From Macrostomum lignano (Eukaryota): DNA of 64,000 nucleotides. Below are positions 34,374-64,000 of the stretch, one piece after another (position 1 is the stretch's first letter; each line of letters starts with the position of its first letter). The stretch lies in NCBI GenBank assembly GCA_002269645.1, contig NIVC01001448.1, positions 156,602 to 220,601 of the forward strand, in the 5' to 3' direction. The translations under genes were made by a program, and so were the position numbers. Below the pieces are notes generated by a model that worked only from the letters and a program-made list of their open reading frames with translations, ran no database searches and was not told where the DNA came from.

Positions 34374-35396
34374 TAGGGATGTCGATTCCCCGGGGAATTT
34401 TCTTATCGGGGACCCGAGTAATTTACTGTCATTCCCCGGGGACCCCGGGGACTCCGGGGAAAAAATAAGTAAAAAACGGCGGATAACTTAGATCTTAAGT
34501 CACTAAGTGGCATTTCTTAAACTTTGATTAAAGCTTTGGATGGACTACATGTTCAAGGCGCAAGGGTAAAAACTTAAGGCAATGTTTGTTTAAAACTGTA
34601 TTTGACAACGTGGCATCACCAAATCGTGCGCGCACCTTTATCAGAAAGGGTCCAGACTCCGGAGGCGGAAAATGCATACTCAGCAGCTGCACTCGAGGGA
34701 GGATAATTAATGAATGAGACTGTTTTTTATAATCGGAATTTTAATTTCTTGCAGATACATGTAAATCACAATTTTGTCCTGTCTAATAGGGAGTATTTTG
34801 TTATTGTATGACACCCCCCTATGCGTCAGTGACTGACGCAGGATATGGCGCTGTGCCTGCGTCAAATGCGTCAAGCCGTCAACGCAGACCAACACAATAG
34901 TCAGTAAGGCTTCTTTTTCCTGACGGCTTTCTACGCTCGTACGTTCAATTTGCTTGATTGAAAGACTCATAGTGAAAAAAACATTCAAACGGGTCGCTAA
35001 TTTCATAAGACCGAAATTTCACAACGCCGAAAATTCTGCATGCAATACAATCCTTATTGTAAAGTTTTCTACGATGTGAAATTTCGATCTTATGAAGTTT
35101 CGGTCTTGTGAAGTATGGTGTTTCGGCGTTGTGAAATTTCGGTCTTATGAACCCCCCCCCCCCATTCAAACGTGTGTTGTGTTTGAAATAATACATTGAA
35201 ATAAGCAGTTTTGCGGTAAAAAAAGCATAGACAGAGTTTCAATCAGCTTTCTGTGAATGATTTTCTTATTTAAATGGCAAAAATTTAGTTAAAAATGCTT
35301 TTTTTCTCCCCGGGGTCCCCGGTCTAATTCCCCGGGGAGTATTCCCCGACAAGCTCCCCGGGGCCCCGGGGAGCCCTCCCGGGGTCGACATCCCTA
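34374..35396. mobile_element. Non-autonomous hAT-type element nested in the outer element
   Basis: 12-bp TIR TAGGGATGTCGA / TCGACATCCCTA; subterminal CCCCGGGG repeats; degenerate 8-bp TSD GTTGTACA / GTCGTATA. Confidence 0.82.
35002..35151. repeat. 150-bp foldback with perfect 31-bp inverted arms (possible MITE)
   Basis: TTCATAAGACCGAAATTTCACAACGCCGAAA (35002-35032) and its exact reverse complement at 35121-35151. Confidence 0.8.
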
Positions 35397-36242
35397 GTCG
35401 TATACATGTAGTTGTAATTCTGCCTTCCCTGCTGCGCTGCTCCGCGTCGCGCTGCATAGATATTTCCTTGTCGCGTTGCACCATTCTGCGCCATGTCGCG
35501 CCGCCGCGCGACTTCCCGCGCCGCCATACGACCTCCTGCGCTGCGTCGCGCCACCGCGGCGCGCCGCGCCGCACCGCGACCTGGCCACAGCCGCGCCGCG
35601 CCGACCTGAAATTTAAAAAACGCGCCGGACGCATGTCCGGGAAAATGTCACTTTTTCCGTTAGAGAATTATTAACTTTAACTTTTAACTTTTCAGAAGTT
35701 AAATTTTGGGCAAAAGTTAAATAATTAACTAGTTACAGTTAATTTTTTTGGAGCAATTAAATTAACTTTTTAACTTTTAACGAGTTAAAAAAATGATTAA
35801 CTTGCCCAGCACTGCTGACTGACTGACTGACTGACTGACTGACTGACTGACTGACTGACTGACTGACTGACTGACTGAGTGACTGTGCTCATTTATTTGC
35901 TCGTTTCTATTCTCTCATTTCATCGAATTAGATTGCTCTTTCGTTGGGCAAAGCAGTGCATATCAAGCTGTAAACGACTTTCGAGCCGCGACCCCCTCGC
36001 CCTGATTCGATTCCCGTGTGCATGCAGGTACATTTATTTAGGGCAATATTGTGCTCGAAAATTGGCACGACACAGCTAAGGGGATCCAGGGGTTGTCATT
36101 GTGCCGCTTCTTCAACCCATGGTTCGAGGGTAAACTTGTAAAAGGCATGTCTATTTTAATTTAATAGTAATACATTTCCCTAAAGTTGATAGACATAGGA
36201 AATTTGGTTTCAAGAAAGGTCGCATGATCGTCAATCTACTAA

Positions 36243-36490
36243 TTGAAACCTGGGTGTAGAATGTCGATTCCTTTCGGCACGATGATCAAATTCGCCACAC
36301 ACCTCCGGAGGAACATCTTCAATTCAGCTGCCAGAGACGACTTGAAGGTGCGCCTGTTCCGCACGGCCGTCGAGCTGATTCTCCTGTACAGCATGGAAGC
36401 TGTGCCGTCGACCGACACGCGATCAGAGCGAGCCCTGGAAGCCGATCTTAACCGATCGCTGCTGCGCTGGGCGTGCAATTCTCATAGTTG
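36243..36490 (+). pseudogene. Short 3' fragment of an RTE-like non-LTR retrotransposon
   Basis: LKVRLFRTAVELILLYSME..ERALEA..RSLLRWA, parallel to the 3' part of the 21066-21930 fragment. Confidence 0.6.
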
Positions 36491-37729
36491 ATTTGAAGCA
36501 TGCGAGTAAAATAAAGTAAAATATCGAAATCTATTTTTCTGCTAATATAGCCCCGTATTCATTTTACAGCAAATAAATCCCAAAAGTGCCGTTGTTGATT
36601 GTAGATAACACAGTTGTAATAAGCTATACATTCTTTACGGTATGAAATTTATTGATTTATTAGCTGTAAAACAACAGAAATGCTTTTAAAAACATACGTA
36701 TGTTAAAACTATTTTTTACTTTATGTAACAGTGCAAATAAAAGCTTTTCAAACATACATGTTTCTTCTAAAGTATTATAAATAGTGCATTGGCTTAATTC
36801 CCCTTAATTCAAAACAAGAAATACCGCTTTCGACCGTTGCATGCAACAACGCGCGCGGCTGTCGGCTGACCTGCCCTGTTAGCTTATAGCTAGTGTAACA
36901 ATTCAAAGACTTCAATTCAATTCAAAAAATTCAATTCGCTTGTAACTTTGTTCTTTGTAAACGTGAATAAAGATAGGAAATTGTATTTTTTATTATTGTG
37001 ATCAAAAACTTTAAGAGCTAAATTTCAGATTTAAATAGGGCTATATATGCCATCTGGCTTTAAGTCTCGACTGTGTGCCTGCACGTATCGATAGTACAAA
37101 TAGAAGAGAATTCTTCCGTCGCTCACACTTTCACATGTAATTCCCCAACTCACTCAGATAATAACCCCAACTTCAGACCTAACCCCAACTCAATTGATTT
37201 AAATCAAAGATAAGCTCAGATCAAATCTAATCAAATTAGGTCTATTTTTAGATTTATTCAATTGATATTAATATCTCTCTTCTAGAAAGGTAAAAGATAA
37301 AAAATTTTTGGCCCCAGCTGAAAAGGGGCCATGCCATGGCCTAGGCTTGATCTACTAGACACCACTGTTGCTGCTGCATTGCCGTGTCATAGGGCCTACC
37401 ACTCTGACTTTGGCTTACTTTAACAGTTTAACTTTAGTAGGTTATAGCTATGGTATATTACTAATATTATTAGTCAAAAGAACAAAACATTATCACAATC
37501 ACAAGAAAAGACTAGACTAAGTACTAGGCCCATCTCCTATCCATAGTCAATTCATTAGTACTAGGCTTATGTTAAGTAAGGTAGGCCCTATTTTACAACT
37601 TTTATTTGTTGTATTTCTGTTATATATATTACTATTATTATTAGACCTAGCATACATAAGGATAGATGAACACTATTTTACAACTTTAATAGCATCCCTA
37701 ATTTAGCGTAAATTGAATTGAAATTGTAT

Positions 37730-38030
37730 GTATGCACAACTTCCAAAATTCAATCAGCCATGTGATTTAGTCCATATACTAAAAATGAAAATGTTGCTTG
37801 TTTTAACAAAAAATATAACATAGTTTTTGGCCAAAAATGCAACTTACCTGTAAAAGATAAATGGCAAGAGTAACTATTACTGTCTTATTAAGGTCAAATG
37901 CCTCACAGCCTCATCATCTAATTAGTACTACATATATATTCTTTCTAGTATGCATTTTTGCAACTCACCTTGGTTGGCCACCAAATTGGTCAGCCAGATT
38001 GGCCAACTCAGCCAACTGTTTATGCATGTA
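37730..38030. repeat. ~290-bp dispersed repeat, CpG-decayed copy; CpG-intact copy at 44352-44648
   Basis: Colinear blocks CCAAAATTC..TCAGCC, TAGTTTTTGGCCAAAAATGC.ACTTAC, GGCA.GAGTAACTAT.ACTGT.TTATTAAG and GCATTTTTGC.ACT. Confidence 0.88.
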
Positions 38031-38633
38031 TCTAGCATAGTCTAAAGGCTAAGGCTTGACTATAATAAAAGCTTTTTTCAGCTACAATGTAAAGCAACAT
38101 AATTGCCAAGCATCTACTTGCACTGACAACAATAATTCCAATTAGTGATCTTTGATAGCAAAAATTTCCTAAACTTTTGTAAAATTTGTGAGACTTACAA
38201 ATCTGCAATAGTTTACTTCTTTGCAATATGCTAATATCTTATAATTTTATGAAAAATAGTATAATGCAGAAACAGCATTTATGCCCCTAATTCTACTACA
38301 ATATATATTTAAAGTTTTTTCCCTCTACTTAAGTGCATATATCTCTTAAAATATAAATCCAAATCAATTGCAACTCAAGTCATTTTAAAGAAGAAACTTG
38401 CCACTTTCAAACAACACCAAACTTGTGTCAATGCAACTTACCAAATGTCTGCTACAAGTAAAAGTAACTCTATTTTCTGGATATCCCTCGTATATATTTT
38501 AATTTATTTAATAACAATGTAAAATTTGATAGATAAAATGCTTTTTTAATTTTATATAATTTTTTTGTTTTCTGCAACTAATACAATAATAGCAGGTTTG
38601 ACAGAAAGACAAACATACCAAGTTAACAAAAGT

Positions 38634-59605
<20,972 letters not shown>

Positions 59606-59714
59606 CTTCTGGACTGCTTTGGTGAGAACTGCTTTTTGCTGCAGACTGTTTGCCTGTAGTGGCAAGAACTTAAAGCTGAATTTTCACTGTCTGTCGTGTT
59701 TGTTCGGTTCTCTA

Positions 59715-59905
59715 GCTCCTGACCAATCATAATTCGCTTATGTACCCACCACCCCAAAATGTACACTGGCTCCTGACCAATCAGAACTCGAACATGCACC
59801 CACCGCTCTACTATGTACACTTGGCTCCTGACCAATCAGAATTCGCCCATGCACCCACCACCCCATAATGTACACTGGCTCTTGACCAATCAGAATTCGC
59901 CCATC
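59715..59905. repeat. 54-55-bp repeat x4 in the presumptive PHTF 3' UTR
   Basis: CT(C/T)(C/T)TGACCAATCA at 59716, 59770, 59825 and 59879. Confidence 0.88.
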
Positions 59906-61579
59906 CTGTCACACACCCATCCGATCCTACTAAATATGGGGTAGTTCAAGTGTTTACAACTGTTATATTGTCAAGTGTTTCAGCAATGTTTGCTAGCATT
60001 ACTATGAGTAGTTAGCAGTATTTTCTGTTTAAAATAGCTTTACCGAAGGCGTAGAGACCCAGCTTAAAAAAGTTTCTCGCATGATTTTAGTTGCTGGTTG
60101 CTAACATAAAATATTTTTGCTGTGCTTAAACTGTCCCTAAACCGAACCCTTATTTTTGCATTGCTTTCAATTACGCAACTCAATCCAATGTGATTAAATC
60201 AGATCGAAGCATGTGATTTATTGTGCGCCATCTGTCACACACAGAACATGTGATAGTTAAATCAGTTATATTAAAACTTGCCCCTTCAATTGCTTGGCCC
60301 TATACTTATCCCCAATATTCTAATCGCATTTTTATGTACATAAAAGTGCATGTGCTTGTTCAGCTACTGCAAGTAGTGCGCAAGTTAAATGTCGACTGTA
60401 AAAGATCGTTGGCTTTTTATAAATGTTTTACACAAAAAATTTTGCAATTTGCTTCAATTCTCTTTAGAGATCTGCAAGGAAAATTGAAATTTTATTTTTT
60501 CCATCAACTATTGCCTGAACTTGTCCCATCCTAGTATTCACAGTACTTTTTGTTTACCTAATAATATGATTTTACTTGTAATTACAATTGCCATGTTTGG
60601 TCAGATAGATATTTCTTTTCACGCTTCTAACAAAAAAGTGCATCTGACAACGTAAAGTACATCAGACGTCATAAAAGTGCACGCAAGTCGTTAAAGTACA
60701 TCATTAAATATCATTTGTATTATACTTATTGCACTTTTGCATTGTCAAACATAAAATTCTAGTATTACTACTACTAAATCTGTTGAAAACAGTAGTGCAG
60801 TTCTAACATCAGTGTATTAATTATCATTATCAATATTATCAGTTTCTATAAAAAAATGCATTGTCTTTTTTTGCATCACATAGTCGTTATTTTTGTCAGT
60901 TCTTTTTCAAGCTCTACTACTTTTGTATTTTGAGTAGTCACAGATGGTCATTGCTGTTCAGATTTGTCTGTCGGAACACCTCGCAACCTCATTGCGTCTA
61001 CCAGAGTTTTGTCCGCCTGCCTGCATGCAGTAATTCTGAGTCCTGCAGTAACTTTAATGCCATACTGAATGCCGTCTACGATATTATTGCAACCGAAAAT
61101 ATTAATGAAGTTTTTATTCTCCCAAATATTTGCTTTTTATTCGACTAAAAATGAAAAAATAATTGTAACTAATACTTTAATATATGGTTTTTACCTTCTG
61201 CCCTGTCTTTTATCACCCTGTCTGACCTTATTTGACCCCAATGAACCGAGGCGAACAATTTTAAAGTGCAAGAGTGCTAATATCGTCATATTAATTATGC
61301 ATAGATTATCCAGCTTAACCAGATTCATCTCCAATTCGATGTCATTTTGTACTTTAGCGATTGCCGTGTACCGCTCTCAAGGCTCACCAAAATAAATAAA
61401 ATATAACATCGATTTGAGCTCGTGTGCTCATCTATAAACCTGATTTGAGTAGCTTTCGGTTGCTTTATTTAATTTGATTAGTCAACTTAGCAAATCTGAC
61501 TCGATACAAGATTGTAATGAATCCGAAAGGATTTTCATTTACTTCTGTGTGCTCTTTGCGGGCTCTTAAGCTGCCGTTA

Positions 61580-62035
61580 TGATAATCTCACCCCAGTGTG
61601 TGTTGATGACTGGATAATCTCCCCCAGTGTGTGTTGATGACTGTATAATCTCACCCCAGTGTGTGTTGATGACTGGATAATCTCACCCATGTGTTTGTTG
61701 ATGACTGGATAATCTCACCCCAGTGTGTGTTGATGATTGGATAATCTCACCCCAGTGTGTATTGATGACTGGATAATCTCACCACTGTGTGTGTTGAGAA
61801 CTGGATAATCTCACCCCAGTGTGTGTTGAGAACTGGATAATCTCACCCCAGTGTGTGTTGAGAACTGGATAATCTCACCACAGTGTGTATTGATGACTGG
61901 ATAATCTCACCCCAGTGTGTATTGATGTCTGGATAATCTTACCCCAGTGTGTATTGATGAGTCGATAATCTCACCCCCAGTGTGTGTTTATGACTGAATA
62001 ATCTCGCTCAGTGTGTGTTGATGAGTCAATAATCT
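61580..62035. repeat. 32-bp minisatellite (ATAATCTCACCCCAGTGTGTGTTGATGACTGG) upstream of UNG
   Basis: About 14 copies. Confidence 0.94.
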
Positions 62036-62282
62036 TACGTAGAAAGTCAACTCACGTCTAACACATATTTTTAGTAAATGGTGAAAGAGCTTAAAAGTTC
62101 GTTTGCACATGTAGAGACTAAAAATAACTCACTTGAGAAGTCAGCAGCCAGCTCGTTTGCCAGATAGGAGCACAAGATTACGTAAAGATCGTTAGTTCTT
62201 CGCATTTCTGCCTTTTTTAATTTACTAACTGCATTTATTTATGCAGATTAGATAACGCTAGCTCACAGCAAAAGCAGCAGAC

Positions 62283-63748
62283 ATGCCACCAAAGACAACT
62301 CGAAGAAACACAAATAAAAGAAAGGCTTTAGCAGAATCAGCCAAAACTGCCCCAGACGCCAAGGTGGCAAAAGCACAGAAATCTGCAAAAGCAGATAAGT
62401 CTGCAAACGCAGAGAAATCTAAAAAAGCAGAGAAATCTGCAAAAACAAAAAATTTCGGCACAGCTGCTTCCGCGATGAATCCTTTCGCCGACTTGCCCGG
62501 CACCCTGACAGATCCGGGCTGGCGGCGGCTGCTGCAGCCGCTGTTCCAGACAGACAGCTGGCGGGCTTTGATTGACAAGCTGGCAGCTCGCCAGGCTGAT
62601 GGGGAGGTCATTTATCCGCCGGTCAGCTGCGTGCTGCGGGCCTTCAATCTGACACCTCTGGACTCCGTTCGGGTGGTCATCCTTGGCCAGGACCCTTATC
62701 ACGGGCCTGGGCAGGTAGGGGCGCTGCGGTGACTGGCTTATCATTTTCATGTTTCTTGGGACTTGGGTCCTTTGATGTTTACCGCTGCCCAAATTGCAAG
62801 TATTTGATGTTTGCCGCTTCCTAAATTCTTTGATGTTTGCCGCTTCCCAAATTCTTTGATGTCTGCCGCCCACCCAAATTCTTTGATGTCTGCCGCCCAT
62901 CCAAATTATTTGATGTTTGCCGTCCATCCAAATTCTTTGATGTTTGCCGCCAACCAAATTCTTTGATGTTTGTCGTTTCCCAAACTTTTTGATGTTTGCC
63001 GCCATCCGAATTCTTTGATGTTTGCCGTCACCCAAAATCTATGTTTGCCGCCACCCAAAATCTCTGATGTTTGCCACCACCGATATTCTTTGATGTTTGC
63101 CGCCAGCCGCCTCCCAAATCCTTTGATCCCTCTTTCCTTCACCTTAATTGCCACAGCTTGGCTGTTCTGCATCACCCCTACAATGCTCCAACCCTCTTGT
63201 CTTCCCCAGGCAGACGGACTCGCCTTCTCTTTCTCGGGCAACGAGGCGCTGCCGCCAACGCTGAAGAACCTCTTCAAGGAGCTCGCCGCCGACATTCCAG
63301 GCTTCGTGGCGCCGAAGTCGGGCTGCTTGGAGAAATGGGCGCGCAGGGCGTACTGCTGCTGAACACGGCGCTGACTGTGGGGTGAGCGCTGCTGCTGCTG
63401 GTGCCATTGCAGTTTTCAGTTGCTGTGGCCGCATCTGAGCTGAGCCCCCCCCCCCGGTGCACTGCAGCGCCGGCAAGCCCGGCTCCCACGCCAAGCTGGG
63501 CTGGGCCGCCTTCACCGACGAGGTGCTGAGGCTGCTGTGCGCCAACGCCAGGCAGCCCCTGGTGTTCCTGCTGTGGGGCAAACCGGCCCAGGCCAAGGCC
63601 CCCCTGCTGAGCTGCGGGCCAGTCACGTGATCCTCACCGCCGGCACCCGTCGCCTGCCGCCTGCGGCGCCTTCAACGGCTGTCGGCATTTTTCAAAGGCC
63701 AACGCCGCCCTGACTGCGGGACCTGCAGTTGACTGGCGGCTGGATTGA
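62283..63748 (+). CDS. UNG: Uracil-DNA glycosylase (family 1), 3 exons, with three apparent 1-nt deletions (sequencing error or pseudogene)
   Basis: Exons 62283-62714, 63210-63381 and 63468-63748. Motifs [80 protein letters not shown]. Frameshifts near 63343, 63620 and 63643. Confidence 0.9.
62770..63125. repeat. 26-27-bp minisatellite (CCAAATTCTTTGATGTTTGCCGCC), UNG intron 1
   Basis: Direct periodicity. Confidence 0.92.
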
Positions 63749-63764
63749 AGGGGTGGAACTGCAG

Positions 63765-64000
63765 GGTCTGGGACTGAGGGTGTGGGACTGCAGAGTGTGG
63801 GACTGAGGGTGTAGGACTGGGGGTGTGGACTGCAGAGTGTGGGACTGAGGGTGTAGGACTGGGGTGTGGGACTGCAGAGTGTGGGACTGAGGGTGTGGGA
63901 CTGCAGAGTGTGGGACTGAGGGTGTGGGACTGGGGGTGTGGTGTGGACTGCAGGAGGTGGGACTGAGGGGGTGGGACTGCAGGGTGTGGGACAGAATGTG
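63765..64000. repeat. GT-rich ~15/30-bp repeat (GTGTGGGACTG[CAGA/AGG]), truncated by the window end
   Basis: Direct periodicity. Confidence 0.9.

Larger units (their letters stand above)
33962..35814. mobile_element. Non-autonomous hAT-type element (outer)
   Basis: 11-bp TIR CAGTGCTGGGC / GCCCAGCACTG; 8-bp flanks CTGACTGA on both sides; subterminal TTAAC/GTTAA repeats at both ends; no transposase ORF. Confidence 0.85.
33822..35878. repeat. (ACTG)n microsatellite split in two (33822-33961 and 35815-35878) by an insertion
   Basis: Pure ACTG runs on both sides of the hAT-type element. Confidence 0.93.

Overview
Eukaryotic (metazoan) genomic DNA with GT-AG introns and the standard code. The GC-rich exons, minisatellite-filled introns and WSC-protein family suggest a free-living flatworm such as Macrostomum; this is inference only. 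Three conserved multi-exon genes lie on the + strand: a Neurexin-IV/Caspr homologue (~4.3-13.8 kb), a PHTF homologue (38.6-59.6 kb) and a family-1 uracil-DNA glycosylase (62.3-63.7 kb, with three 1-nt frameshifts). Between them is an accessory region (14-37 kb). It holds three secreted proteins sharing one PAN/apple-like Cys module (two WSC+PAN paralogues and one PAN+LamG-like), an ankyrin-kinase pseudogene, a full-length mariner with an open transposase ORF, a duplicated LTR+PBS(tRNA-Leu) with an AP-1/CRE/MEF2 motif cluster, nested hAT-type non-autonomous elements, two tRNA-derived SINE families, and RTE-like and MULE relics. Most longer introns carry their own tandem repeat. Paired repeat copies show a clear CpG-to-TpG/CpA decay signature, implying regional germline CpG methylation. 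No rRNA, functional tRNA or CRISPR array is supported. All exon coordinates were read by eye and need transcript confirmation.
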